From Patescibacteria group bacterium (lineage in GTDB: Bacteria; Patescibacteriota; UBA1384; XYA2-FULL-43-10; 1-14-0-10-43-13), in assembly GCA_041674765.1 (NCBI GenBank), contig JBAYVE010000004.1:26751-90750 (forward strand): a stretch of DNA of 64,000 nucleotides, read 5' to 3'. The notes under the pieces are model-generated. The model ran no database searches. It saw only the letters and a program-made list of their open reading frames with translations, and was not told where the DNA came from. Both the position numbers and the translations under genes were made by a program. Positions 37,093 through 46,861 of the stretch are shown here, in pieces. Each line of letters begins with the position of its first letter. Position 1 is the first letter of the stretch.

Positions 37093-38103
37093 TTAATAGC
37101 TAGATAACGATATTGTAAGATAACGATCAAGACCTGCAAGGTCTTTTTTTAGTTCTATTTTTGCGGTTGGATAGTGATAGTGTGAAAATTTTTCTATCTC
37201 CATAGCATTTCTGGGATCAAGTTCAATTAAAATCGTACCATCTTCAGCAAGGTGGTTTCGGGCTTGCGCTAGAAATCGTTTGATTATCTCTGAACCATTG
37301 TCGTCGGCAAAGATTGCATTTTGGGGTTCAAACTTAACCGTATTATGTATTATGTATTTGGTATTATGAGTTTCCAGCTCATTGCTTAATACTTTATACT
37401 CACACTTTGATACCAGCTTCGGGACATACGGCAAGTTGGCGATAATAAGATCAAACCCGCCTGACGGCGAGGCAGGCTTTTTATGAAGTTGATGATTTTG
37501 GAATAAGTCAGAATGAATAAATTTAATCGTATTGTTCGAGCACAAGCGAGAACCAGCTTGGTTTGATAGTTCTCGGCCTCTGGCCTCGAACAATAACTTC
37601 TTTGCATTCTTCCTGGCCATTTTCAGGGCTTTTGCAGAAATATCGGAGGCGTATAAGTTTATAAAGTTGGAAAGTTCATAAAGTTCATCAAGTTTTTTGG
37701 CCAGTGAGATGATGAGGCAGCCGGAGCCGGTACCAAGGTCTAAAATTTTCAATTTACAATTTACAATTTTCAATTTTTTCTGAAGGACTTCAACCGCTTG
37801 TTCTACCAAAAATTCACTTTCGGGGCGGGGGATAAGGACATCGGGCGTTACCAGAAATTCGTACCCGAAAAATTCTTTTTTTCCGGTAAGATAGACAATC
37901 GGTACATTGTTTTGGCGTTTTTTCAACAATTTCTGGAATTTATTAATTTGGCTCTTTGACGGCTCGAACTCAGGATGGCTCAGAAGGAACGTCTTGTCTT
38001 TGCTAGTCGCGTATGACAAAAGAACCTGAACATCGAGTTCGGGAGAGGCACTTACCTCTTTGAGTTTGAGGACGGATTGAGAATATAGTTTCTTCAGGTT
38101 CAT
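37093..38103 (-). CDS. prmC: Release factor glutamine methyltransferase PrmC with multiple in-frame repeat insertions
   Basis: VLIPRPESE, LDLGTGSG, SDIS, ANLPY, KDLAGLDR; downstream of prfA. Confidence 0.95.
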   Translation of the reverse strand: MNLKKLYSQSVLKLKEVSASPELDVQVLLSYATSKDKTFLLSHPEFEPSKSQINKFQKLLKKRQNNVPIVYLTGKKEFFGYEFLVTPDVLIPRPESEFLVEQAVEVLQKKLKIVNCKLKILDLGTGSGCLIISLAKKLDELYELSNFINLYASDISAKALKMARKNAKKLLFEARGRELSNQAGSRLCSNNTIKFIHSDLFQNHQLHKKPASPSGGFDLIIANLPYVPKLVSKCEYKVLSNELETHNTKYIIHNTVKFEPQNAIFADDNGSEIIKRFLAQARNHLAEDGTILIELDPRNAMEIEKFSHYHYPTAKIELKKDLAGLDRYLTISLSSY

Positions 38104-38120
38104 GGATTAATTTTCAATTA

Positions 38121-38175
38121 ATAATTTAAAATTTAGAAATATTTTTAAATTATTAAATTCTAAATTTTAAATTAT
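38121..38175. repeat. AT-rich inverted heptamer element between prfA and prmC
   Basis: ataatttaaaatttagaa 38121-38138 is the perfect reverse complement of 38158-38175. Confidence 0.75.
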
Positions 38176-39239
38176 GACTGTGCTGCCAGCTTCCTTGCTT
38201 GGTCTTCGGTCATAAGGGCGTTAACTATCGGCTCGATATCGCCATCCATAATATTTGGCAGAGAGTGCCAAGATTGATTTATTCTGTGATCGGTAACACG
38301 ATCTTGAGGGAAATTGTAAGTTCTAATTTTTTCAGAACGATCCCCTGTCCCGACCTGAGAAAGACGCAAGTCCTTTCTTTCTTTTTGCAGTCGTTCTTCT
38401 TCGGCGGCCAAAATTCTTGAGCGGAGAATACTCATTGCCTTGTCTTTGTTCTTCATTTGGCTTCGTTCATCCTGACACTGCACTACAATGCCGGTAGGGA
38501 GGTGAGTGATTCGGACAGCGGAATACGTTGTGTTCACAGATTGTCCGCCAGCTCCTCCTGAGCAGAAGGTATCGATGCGGAGGTCTTCAGTTTTTATATT
38601 TATATCGGCCTCTTCTGCCTCAGGCAAGACAGCGACAGTAACGGTGGAAGTGTGGACTCTCCCCTGTTTTTCCGTTTCCGGCGTACGCTGAACACGGTGA
38701 ACTCCGCTTTCATATTTCATCTTCGAATATACTTTTTGTCCGCTGACTTCAAATGTGACTGACTTTAATCCGCCAATTCCCGTTGTTTGAGATTCCAAAA
38801 TGTTTGCCCGCCAACCTTGACGTTCGGCGAAGCGGGTATAAAGGCGGAATAACTCGGCGGCGAATAATTCTGATTCGTCTCCGCCCGCTCCTGGCCTTAT
38901 TTCAATAATAGAGTTTTTTTCATCGTTCGGATCTTTTGGCAGGAGAGCCAATTCCAACTCTTTCTCCATCTTGTCTTTCTTGGGATTTAGTCGGTTTATT
39001 TCTTCGTGCGCCATCTCTCTGAGTTCTTCGTCGCTAGAACTGATCATCTCTTCGCTATCGGAGATATTCTTGAGTACGCTAAAATAAGAATTGATTAATT
39101 GTGCAAGATCATCAAGACTGGATTTCTCTCTTGCAATTTTAGTGAATTCTGCATTATTGGCTTGAATTTCAGGCCTCTCTAAGCTTGCTGAGAGTTCGTT
39201 GTATCTGTCTAAAATTTTTTGTAGTTTTTCTTTATTCAT
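38172..39239 (-). CDS. prfA: Peptide chain release factor 1
   Basis: [12 protein letters not shown] (PxT), [21 protein letters not shown]. Confidence 0.98.
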   Translation of the reverse strand: MNKEKLQKILDRYNELSASLERPEIQANNAEFTKIAREKSSLDDLAQLINSYFSVLKNISDSEEMISSSDEELREMAHEEINRLNPKKDKMEKELELALLPKDPNDEKNSIIEIRPGAGGDESELFAAELFRLYTRFAERQGWRANILESQTTGIGGLKSVTFEVSGQKVYSKMKYESGVHRVQRTPETEKQGRVHTSTVTVAVLPEAEEADINIKTEDLRIDTFCSGGAGGQSVNTTYSAVRITHLPTGIVVQCQDERSQMKNKDKAMSILRSRILAAEEERLQKERKDLRLSQVGTGDRSEKIRTYNFPQDRVTDHRINQSWHSLPNIMDGDIEPIVNALMTEDQARKLAAQS

Positions 39240-39415
39240 AATCTTTAAATGCTAAAGGTAAAATAACCGAAATAACGAAATCATAGTTTTTAGTTGTTTA
39301 GTTTCTTTTCGCATTTAGCGTTGTAATTAAAAAGCCAGCCTTTATCTCAATAATTATATTATAAAGATTTTGGGCCGACTTTAATACCCGCCTGCCGGCG
39401 AGGCAGGTAGAGTAG

Positions 39416-39700
39416 CTATTTGTCTTCTGTTTTTTTCTCTTCTTTGGCAGGTTTGGCTGCTTTTACGGCTTCCTTTTTGGCTGCCTCTTCTTTCATCTTT
39501 TTGGAAGCTTCCATTCTGGCCTTGAATTTATCTACTCTGCCGGCTGTATCAACAAGTTTCTGCTTGCCGGTGAAGAATGGATGACATTGAGAACAAATTT
39601 CAACACTAATATCGTCCCTGGTTGATCCGGCGGAAAATTTGGCTCCACAGGCGCAGGAAATAGTGATATCTTTGTAATTTGGGTGGGTATTTTTTTTCAT
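39416..39700 (-). CDS. rpmE: 50S ribosomal protein L31 (Zn-binding type)
   Basis: [31 protein letters not shown]. Confidence 0.97.
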   Translation of the reverse strand: MKKNTHPNYKDITISCACGAKFSAGSTRDDISVEICSQCHPFFTGKQKLVDTAGRVDKFKARMEASKKMKEEAAKKEAVKAAKPAKEEKKTEDK

Positions 39701-39797
39701 TTCAAAAACAGATTACTAATCATACAAATCTACAGATATCGAATTGTTACCGACTATTGGTAATCAATAATCCGTTAGTATTTGTTTTACTTGAATG

Positions 39798-39840
39798 ATT
39801 CTATCACACTCTTGAACTTGAGTCAATAATATGATAAGAT
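39798..39840. promoter_or_regulatory. Overlapping divergent promoters for rpmE and rpsB
   Basis: Plus strand TTGAAC-17-TAAGAT (39812-39840); minus strand TTGACT-17-TAGAAT (39826-39798); both with TGn. Confidence 0.65.
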
Positions 39841-39943
39841 CGTACTTAGTTCAAGTTAATGCGAAAAACTAAAAGAAACGAAAGAACGAAATTTAGTTTT
39901 TTGTTGTTTAGTTTATTTTCGTATTTAGCTTTAAAGGGGGAAG

Positions 39944-40002
39944 TCGACACATTCGTCTCAAATCTCTCTCCTTCCAAGGAGCCAGTCGAATGGATGAGGA
40001 TA
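39944..40002 (+). promoter_or_regulatory. Possible S2 autoregulatory leader hairpin
   Basis: acacattcg...cgaatggatgagg stem in the rpsB 5' UTR; resemblance to S2 leaders is by eye only. Confidence 0.3.
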
Positions 40003-40116
40003 ATAAGAGAAAGTTCAGTTCAACTCTAAAAACTAAAATAAACCAAATAGCGAAATTTAGTTTTTAGTTGTTTAGTTTATTTTCGTTTTTAGCATTATTT
40101 AGTAATAAGGATTTTT

Positions 40117-40821
40117 ATGAACCAGTTACCGAGTTTGAGAGAGATGCTTGACGCCGGTGTTCACTTCGGTCACAAGACCTCCAGATGGCACCCAAAAATG
40201 GCGCCTTACATTTACATTTCTAAATCTGGCGTCCACGTTATCAACTTGGAAGAGACAGAAGCGAAATTGAAAGAAGCAGTCGAATTCATCAGTCGTGAGG
40301 CTTCAGAAGGCAAAACTTTTATTTTTGTCGGGACCAAAAAGCAGTCCGGTGAAATTGTCAAAGAAGCTGCTGTTGAAGCGGGCATGCCTTATGTAAATGT
40401 TCGTTGGCTCGGTGGTACTATTACCAATTTTGAAGCTATCAAGAGCGCTGTCAAAAACTTTCAGAAACAAAAGGAAGAACTTGAAAAAAATAATGATCTG
40501 CCAAAGAGTGAACTCTCAAAACTTCGTAAAGAAGTTGCAAGAGGCGAAAAGTTTCTCGGCGGTTTAGTCGGTATGGACAGAAAGCCGGACGCGTTGATCC
40601 TTTTCGGTTCGTACGACGAGAAGATCGCACTCAGAGAAGCAAAAGGTATCAATATCCCCGTCGTCGCAGTTGTCGATACAAATGCTGATCCAAATGCTGT
40701 AGAGTATCCGATTCCTGCCAATGATGATGCCACAAAATCAGTAAAACTGATCGCAGACACTTTCGCTCGTGCTATCAAAGAAGCAAAAGCCAAGTCAGCC
40801 AAAGTAGCTGAAACAAAGTAA
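40117..40821 (+). CDS. rpsB: 30S ribosomal protein S2
   Basis: AGVHFGH, RWLGG, VDTN, PIPANDDA. Confidence 0.98.
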   Translation: MNQLPSLREMLDAGVHFGHKTSRWHPKMAPYIYISKSGVHVINLEETEAKLKEAVEFISREASEGKTFIFVGTKKQSGEIVKEAAVEAGMPYVNVRWLGGTITNFEAIKSAVKNFQKQKEELEKNNDLPKSELSKLRKEVARGEKFLGGLVGMDRKPDALILFGSYDEKIALREAKGINIPVVAVVDTNADPNAVEYPIPANDDATKSVKLIADTFARAIKEAKAKSAKVAETK

Positions 40822-40877
40822 CTAACGCTAAAAACGAAAAGAAACTAAACAACTAAGTATTACATATTTCCCTCGTA

Positions 40878-40995
40878 TGTCATTCCAGACTGTAAGCTCG
40901 ATCCGCCAGCTGGCGGACTGGAATCCAGGAAGTTTGGTCGTTATAATATAAAGTATTGGATTCCCGGATCATAGCGCTGTCTATCCGAGAATAAC
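40878..40995. repeat. GTCAT-type inverted doublet between rpsB and tsf
   Basis: Near copy of 30056-30203. Confidence 0.85.
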
Positions 40996-41022
40996 ATTGG
41001 GGGTAATTAAACAAAGGAATTT

Positions 41023-41619
41023 ATGTCAAATATTACAGCAAAACAAATCGCAGATTTGAGAGCCAAAACAGGCATAGGAATGATGGAATGCAAGAACGCT
41101 CTTGTCGAGGCCGGCGGTAATGAAGAAAAAGCGATGGAAATCCTTCGCAAAAAAGGTGCAGCCAAGGCAGCTAAAAGATCCGAAAGGGAGACAAAAAACG
41201 GAATCATCGAATCATATATACATGCCGGTGGAAAAATCGGTGTAATGGTTGAAGTGCTCGCCGAGACAGATTTTGTCGCAAAAAACGAAGAGTTCAAAGA
41301 GTTTGCGCACGACGTTGCTCTTCATATCGCTGCGATGGCGCCGAAATTTGTTAGTCGTGACGAGGTCCCTGCAGAAGAAGTCGCAAAAGAAAGAGAAATC
41401 CTTCTCGAAGAAGTAAAAGCTTCTGGTAAGCCTGAGAATATTGCTGAAAAAATTGTAGAGGGCAGACTTTCAAAATTCTATAGTGAAATTTGTCTACTCG
41501 AACAATCTTTCGTCAAGAATCCGGACTTAACTATAAATGACCTTTTGAATGAAAAAATTTCTAAGATCGGCGAGAAAATCGTTATCTCAAGATTTTGTCG
41601 GTTTGAAATTGGAGCATAG
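41023..41619 (+). CDS. tsf: Elongation factor Ts (short form)
   Basis: LRAKTGIGMMECKNAL, ETDFVA, LLEQSFVK. Confidence 0.98.
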   Translation: MSNITAKQIADLRAKTGIGMMECKNALVEAGGNEEKAMEILRKKGAAKAAKRSERETKNGIIESYIHAGGKIGVMVEVLAETDFVAKNEEFKEFAHDVALHIAAMAPKFVSRDEVPAEEVAKEREILLEEVKASGKPENIAEKIVEGRLSKFYSEICLLEQSFVKNPDLTINDLLNEKISKIGEKIVISRFCRFEIGA

Positions 41620-41716
41620 AATAGTGGAATGTAGAATGTGGAATGTAGAACGTGGAAGGGGGAACGTGGAATGGGCGATGGGGAACGGGGCAGAACGGGG
41701 GAAAGAATGGAAGGGA
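41617..41716 (+). repeat. Purine-rich heptamer array (TRGAAYG), sister of 298-442
   Basis: tggaatg tagaatg tggaatg tagaacg tggaagg gggaacg starting near the tsf TAG. Confidence 0.85.
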
Positions 41717-41837
41717 TACCGGCCGCATGAAGGTGCTGCCGGTTTTTTTAATCGCCCCATGGGGGTGGGGCGATTAAAATCCCAATAAATGGGGCAAAAA
41801 CCTTCCGCTCGGCGGAACTTTTTGGTATTGTCTAATT

Positions 41838-42542
41838 ATGAAATATAACAAAATACTCATTAAACTCTCCGGCGAGGCCCTTCAGGGGAGCCGGCAGAGC
41901 GGCATTGATCCAGAGGTTGCTCAATTTGTTGCTTCCGAGATCAAGGAAGCGCAGGACTTGGGGGCAAAAGTAGCTGTTGTTGTTGGGGGCGGTAACATTT
42001 ACCGTGGCGCTGAGTCCTTTGAAAAAGATGGGATTAGAGAGGAAACCAGTCATTGGATGGGGATGCTAGCTATTTGTATAAATTGTCTGGCTTTGTCTGA
42101 TCTATTCAAGTCCTTTGGTGTTGAAAATCATGCTCTCTCTGCTTTGGGACAAGTTGGTGATATGGGATCATATTCAGTTTCAGAGGGCAAAAAAACATTG
42201 GACCAGGGTAAGGTTTTGCTTTTGTCAGGCGGTGAGGGAAAACCATTTCGCTCCTCAGATTCTGGGGCAGCGACCAGAGCCAAAGAGCTCGATATGGAGG
42301 TAATTTTCAAGATGACAAAGGTTGACGGAGTCTATGATTCTGATCCTTTTGTAAATCCAAATGCGAAAAAGTTTTCTGCGATCAGTTTTGATGAGGTTTT
42401 GGAGAGAGACTTGAAGGTGATGGACAGGGGCGCTTTTGAAACGTGCAAGGAAAATGGTATTTCAATAGTTGTTTTTAGGTTGGAAAAAGGTAATATTAGG
42501 AAAGCAGTGATGGGTCAGGAAATAGGGACCGTCGTTAAATAA
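41838..42542 (+). CDS. pyrH: Uridylate kinase
   Basis: KLSGEAL, VVGGGNIYRG, VDGVYDSDP, LKVMD, IGT. Confidence 0.96.
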   Translation: MKYNKILIKLSGEALQGSRQSGIDPEVAQFVASEIKEAQDLGAKVAVVVGGGNIYRGAESFEKDGIREETSHWMGMLAICINCLALSDLFKSFGVENHALSALGQVGDMGSYSVSEGKKTLDQGKVLLLSGGEGKPFRSSDSGAATRAKELDMEVIFKMTKVDGVYDSDPFVNPNAKKFSAISFDEVLERDLKVMDRGAFETCKENGISIVVFRLEKGNIRKAVMGQEIGTVVK

Positions 42543-42548
42543 TAAAAA

Positions 42549-42607
42549 ACAGATTACAGATAATACGAATGTACGGATATATTTCGATCCAAATATTCGT
42601 AATCTGT
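42549..42607. repeat. ACAGATT/ACGAAT inverted-arm element
   Basis: acagattac 42549-42557 pairs with gtaatctgt 42599-42607; relatives at 39708-39785 and 34807-34826. Confidence 0.7.
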
Positions 42608-42626
42608 GGTAAAAACGGAGTAAATT

Positions 42627-43184
42627 ATGATTGATGGAATTTTAAAAGAATCCAAACCAAAAATGCAGGCCTCCATTGCTGCATTTAGTGCCGAACTATC
42701 AAAAATCCGCACGGGCAGAGCCAATCCGGCCATACTCGATGGAATAATGGTTTCTTATTATGGCACGAACACATCCATCAAGGAGGTTGCTACAATTTCT
42801 GTTCCGGAGTCAAATCAGATCGTAGCAAAACCCTGGGATAGAAACGCTCTTGGCGCTATCGAGACAGCAATTCGAAATTCCGATATTGGGCTTGCTCCTG
42901 TCAACGATGGACAGCAGATTAGATTGATGCTTCCTCCAATGACGGAGGAAAGAAGAAGAGAAATAGCAAGTCAGGTCAGAAAAATGGCCGAAGAAGCTAA
43001 AATATCGGTTCGAAATGTCAGAAGAGAATCTTGGGACAAAGTCCAGACGGCCGAGAAGAATAATGAAGCAACAGAAGATGACCGTCGTTGGGCCGAAGAA
43101 GAATTGAACAAAATGGTTAACGATATGAACAAGGAAGTCGATCGTGTAGCGGCCGAAAAAGAAGCAGAAGTGATGAAAATTTAG
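42627..43184 (+). CDS. frr: Ribosome recycling factor
   Basis: IRTGRANP, PPMTEERR, VRNVRR. Confidence 0.98.
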   Translation: MIDGILKESKPKMQASIAAFSAELSKIRTGRANPAILDGIMVSYYGTNTSIKEVATISVPESNQIVAKPWDRNALGAIETAIRNSDIGLAPVNDGQQIRLMLPPMTEERRREIASQVRKMAEEAKISVRNVRRESWDKVQTAEKNNEATEDDRRWAEEELNKMVNDMNKEVDRVAAEKEAEVMKI

Positions 43185-43291
43185 TTTTTGCTATTTTCTA
43201 GTCGATAAAGTCGAAGATCGTGAAGTCAAAGATTTGCATTTAAGCAAGAATTTTAGAACTTACAACTTGAAAACTTTTAACTAAAGGAATT

Positions 43292-44434
43292 ATGTTAACA
43301 ACTATTATCGCATTTATCATAGTCCTCGGGGTCCTAGTCATGGTCCATGAACTGGGACATTTCGTCGCGGCCAAGTTATCTGGGGTGAAAGTGTTGGAAT
43401 TTGCGATCGGTTTTCCTCCGAGAATTATTTCATTCATCAAAAAAGAGACAAAGTACACAATCGGGCTTTTGCCGTTTGGCGGTTATGTGCAGATGCTTGG
43501 GGAGAATGGCGCCGACTTCACTTCAAAAACCAGTAAGGGCTCGAACGAGAAGGATAAAAAAGGAAATATTCTTAGCGATCCTCATGCTTTCCTTAATCAA
43601 TCTCCTGGCAAAAGATTTCTGATCAGTATCGCCGGAGTCCTCATGAACTTTGTGTTGGCTTGGCTGCTTTTGACCGTTGGTTATGTTGCTGGAATGGCCC
43701 CGATGACAGTATCACTGGAAAATGTCGCCGGGAAAGTATCATCTCCCAAAATTTATGTCGTCGAGGTGCAAAAAGATTCGCCGGCGGCGAAAGCCGGTTT
43801 GGAGCCGGAGGATATAATTTTGAAGGGAACCGACTCAGATCAAACAGTAACCTTCGATTCCGAGCAAAGCGTTAGTGATTTCACGGGTGCCAATAAGGGC
43901 AGAGAAGTGACTTTGACAGTTAGCCGTGAAGGGCAAATTTTGGACAAGAAATTGATCGTATCGGACAATAGCGATGCTCCGATTGGAATAGGAATATATA
44001 ACCAATCAGTGATTAGACTGCCATGGTACAAAGCCCCTTACTATGCTGCCCTTGAGGTCGGAGGCATTACCAAACAAATGTTTGTATTTCTGGGTAGCTT
44101 TTTCCACCAATTATTTGCAAGAGGGGAAATCTCCAAAGAGGTAGGTGGCCCTGTAGCAATCTTCAATTTGACAGGCGCAGCTGCAAGAGCCGGTGTAACG
44201 GCGTTGATTCAATTTATGGCTTTGCTCTCTATAAATTTGGGTCTAATCAATATTCTGCCTTTCCCTGCACTGGACGGCGGAAGGTTGCTATTCATTATTC
44301 TAGAAAAAATATTTGGCAAAAAGGTGGTCAAGGAGGAAGTCGAGGGAATAATTCATACCGTGGGTTTTGCTCTTTTAATACTTCTTATCCTGGCTGTGAC
44401 ATATAAAGATGTGATGAGAATGCTTGGTAAGTAG
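43292..44434 (+). CDS. rseP: RIP metalloprotease RseP (M50) with PDZ
   Basis: HELGH, LPFGGYV, AGVLMN, NILPFPALDGG. Confidence 0.95.
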   Translation: MLTTIIAFIIVLGVLVMVHELGHFVAAKLSGVKVLEFAIGFPPRIISFIKKETKYTIGLLPFGGYVQMLGENGADFTSKTSKGSNEKDKKGNILSDPHAFLNQSPGKRFLISIAGVLMNFVLAWLLLTVGYVAGMAPMTVSLENVAGKVSSPKIYVVEVQKDSPAAKAGLEPEDIILKGTDSDQTVTFDSEQSVSDFTGANKGREVTLTVSREGQILDKKLIVSDNSDAPIGIGIYNQSVIRLPWYKAPYYAALEVGGITKQMFVFLGSFFHQLFARGEISKEVGGPVAIFNLTGAAARAGVTALIQFMALLSINLGLINILPFPALDGGRLLFIILEKIFGKKVVKEEVEGIIHTVGFALLILLILAVTYKDVMRMLGK

Positions 44435-44462
44435 CCCAATTAAATTGAAAGTTGGAGAAGTT

Positions 44463-45680
44463 ATGAAACAATCGAAATTATTTTTAAAAACTCGAAAAGA
44501 AGTGCCGGCAGATGCCGATTCGATTAACGCATCTTATCTGATACGTGCCGGTTTTGTTGAGAAGCAGATGGCCGGAGTCTATGCATTTTTGCCGCTTGGC
44601 CTTCGGGTTCTCAAAAAGATCGAGAATATTGTTCGTCTGGAGATGAACGATATCGATGGCCAGGAAATTTTAATGAATGTACTCCAGCCCAAAGAGCTTT
44701 GGGAGGAAACAGGACGGTGGGAATCTGCTGTTGATGTTTTTTACAAATTGACGGATAGCCGGGGCAAAGAGCTAAATCTCGCGCCAACTCACGAAGAACA
44801 GGTAATTGATATCGTTCGCAGAAAGATTAAGTCATACAAAGATCTGCCGCTTTCTCTTTATCAAATTCAGACAAAGTTCAGAAATGAACCAAGAGCTAAA
44901 TCTGGGCTGCTGCGTGGCCGTGAATTTATTATGAAAGATATGTATTCCTTTCATGAAAGCGAAGAAGATCTCTGGAAGTATTATGACAGGGCTATCGCCG
45001 CGTATAACAAAGTTTTCAATCATCTTGGACTAGAGGTAAAACTGGTCGAAGCATCAGGCGGTATCTTTTCAAAATTTTCGCATGAATTTCAGGTTTTGAC
45101 TCCTGTTGGCGAAGATACCATTTTCTACTGTGATAAATGTGATTTTGCTCAAAATAAGGAAATCGCCGAAGTAAAGGAGGGCGATAAGTGTCCTAAGTGT
45201 GATGGTAAGATCAAAATGGACCGGGGGATCGAAGTCGGGAACATTTTTCCGCTGATGGATAAATATTCGAAGCCGATGAAGGCGACATTTCTCGACAAGG
45301 ACGGGAAGGAAAAGACTTTTACCATGGGTTGCTACGGTATCGGCATTTCTAGATCTTTGGCGACTATTGTTGAAGTGAATTACGATGCTACAAAGAACCA
45401 AATGATCTGGCCAGCTGCGATTGCTCCCTATGAGATCCATTTGATTTCGCTAAACCAAAATGCTGAAGCGGAGAAAATATATAATGGATTAATAAAAGAC
45501 GGCAAACAGGTACTTTTCGATGACAGGGATATTTCGGCAGGTGAAAAATTCGCCGAGGCTGACCTTGTCGGTTGCCCGGAGAGAATTATTGTTTCCAAAA
45601 AATCTCTGGAAGCTGGCGGTTATGAATTAGTCGATGTCAAAAGCGGTAAGACTGAGATAAAAAAATCTAACTTAAAATAA
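44463..45680 (+). CDS. proS: Prolyl-tRNA synthetase (no editing insertion)
   Basis: LAPTHEE, FRNEPRAKSGLLRGREFIMKDMYSF, GCYGIG; ATG 44463. Confidence 0.97.
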   Translation: MKQSKLFLKTRKEVPADADSINASYLIRAGFVEKQMAGVYAFLPLGLRVLKKIENIVRLEMNDIDGQEILMNVLQPKELWEETGRWESAVDVFYKLTDSRGKELNLAPTHEEQVIDIVRRKIKSYKDLPLSLYQIQTKFRNEPRAKSGLLRGREFIMKDMYSFHESEEDLWKYYDRAIAAYNKVFNHLGLEVKLVEASGGIFSKFSHEFQVLTPVGEDTIFYCDKCDFAQNKEIAEVKEGDKCPKCDGKIKMDRGIEVGNIFPLMDKYSKPMKATFLDKDGKEKTFTMGCYGIGISRSLATIVEVNYDATKNQMIWPAAIAPYEIHLISLNQNAEAEKIYNGLIKDGKQVLFDDRDISAGEKFAEADLVGCPERIIVSKKSLEAGGYELVDVKSGKTEIKKSNLK

Positions 45681-45955
45681 TGTCTTCCTGAACCGACGCC
45701 AGTCGTCCGTACTCGATGCGGGATCTGCATCTTGATTCAGAATCAAATTCATTTATTGTTCGAGCTTGTCGAGAACTATTTGCTGTTTTTTCTTCTCTTT
45801 GAGGACAAGGGGACTCATTCCGAAGTCGTCCCCCTATCCTCAAACACCAACCCCCTACACGGTATAGAGGTATTCTTCTCTTTTATAAAAAATTGAACTC
45901 CTTTTAGTCGCCCTTCGGGTAAGTAATTTTTTATGTAGGAGAAGAATTATCTGTA

Positions 45956-45997
45956 TAAAAAAATATGCAGGGCCCCGAATTATCGGGGGCCCTGCAT
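45956..45997 (-). terminator. Intrinsic terminator of the 46018-46524 orphan
   Basis: atgcagggcccc-loop-gggccctgcat with A-tract on the plus strand. Confidence 0.7.
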
Positions 45998-46017
45998 CGG
46001 TGCAGGAAAGCGGGGCA

Positions 46018-46524
46018 TCAACCCCGTACGACCATTTCTCCTTCCGGCGTTGACGTGAGCCGTGATCGAATATCACAGAGTGTTTCCATGAGGGAGGGAT
46101 TGGCACGCGTACCTTCTTCGAGAAATGTCGCCTTGACTTGAGCCACGGCGTTGTCGAAGCGATCGAGGAGAAATTCCGGCAATTGGTCGATCGCTTTGAA
46201 GCCGATGATAACAGCACGAAACGCGCGGTGAGATCTGGCGACTTCCAGAAGTTTGATACATTGTACGGGGTCGGGTTGAATTTCAAGTTCAACTTCAATC
46301 CGCATGATTTGTGCCCATGTACTCTGCATGGACAAATCGTTCAGCCCTTGATTGAGATACCAACAGGCTTGTGAGCGAGCGAGTGCATTTTGTCGTGCTT
46401 GGCGAGAGATTTCATGCAAGGCGTTCGCACGGAGACTCGGTCTTGTTTTGGCGATACTGTACAGATCAGCGATAGAGCGCTGATTCAAAGGAATTCGAGC
46501 ATTCTTATCCAAGGGTTTGGACAT
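46018..46524 (-). CDS. Hypothetical protein
   Basis: 168-aa ORF with RBS aggagg and its own terminator. Confidence 0.7.
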   Translation of the reverse strand: MSKPLDKNARIPLNQRSIADLYSIAKTRPSLRANALHEISRQARQNALARSQACWYLNQGLNDLSMQSTWAQIMRIEVELEIQPDPVQCIKLLEVARSHRAFRAVIIGFKAIDQLPEFLLDRFDNAVAQVKATFLEEGTRANPSLMETLCDIRSRLTSTPEGEMVVRG

Positions 46525-46861
46525 GGGATTTCCTCCTAATCTGGATTGTGTAGATTGCAGGGAAGTCTTTCGGGAGACGTCCCCTGAATATATACAAAAA
46601 ATCTGGCTCGGAATCCGGCCAGTTTTATTAGCGTTTCAATATTTTAGAATGACGACACTAAAAAGCTGGCCTCTTTGCGAGGAAATCTACCTTACCAACT
46701 TTTCTAATACATAAATTCATTATGGGGATATATTAGCAAAGGAGGCTTGGAAAATCAATAGTACCATCTCGGCGTTGACTATTTAGCGTTTTTAGGTTAT
46801 GAATAGTCTAACTTGTCAAGGCTGGTATCTTGGCTTGATTTTTATGACGGGGGGTCGTTTC

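Larger units (their letters stand above)
39248..40096. repeat. Three near-identical ~75-nt hairpin elements (39248-39322, 39858-39932, 40022-40096)
   Basis: Shared cgaaat..tagttttt(a/t)gttgtttagttt(c/a)ttttcg core; inverted half copy at 40824-40856. Confidence 0.9.

Noticed and set aside
39248-40096. Possible CRISPR array (three similar repeats)
   Set aside because: Units are about 75 nt, irregularly spaced and separated by genes and promoters; no cas genes in the window
41549-41788. 79-aa ORF with ECRMWNVE repeats
   Set aside because: Translation of the heptamer array overlapping the tsf end
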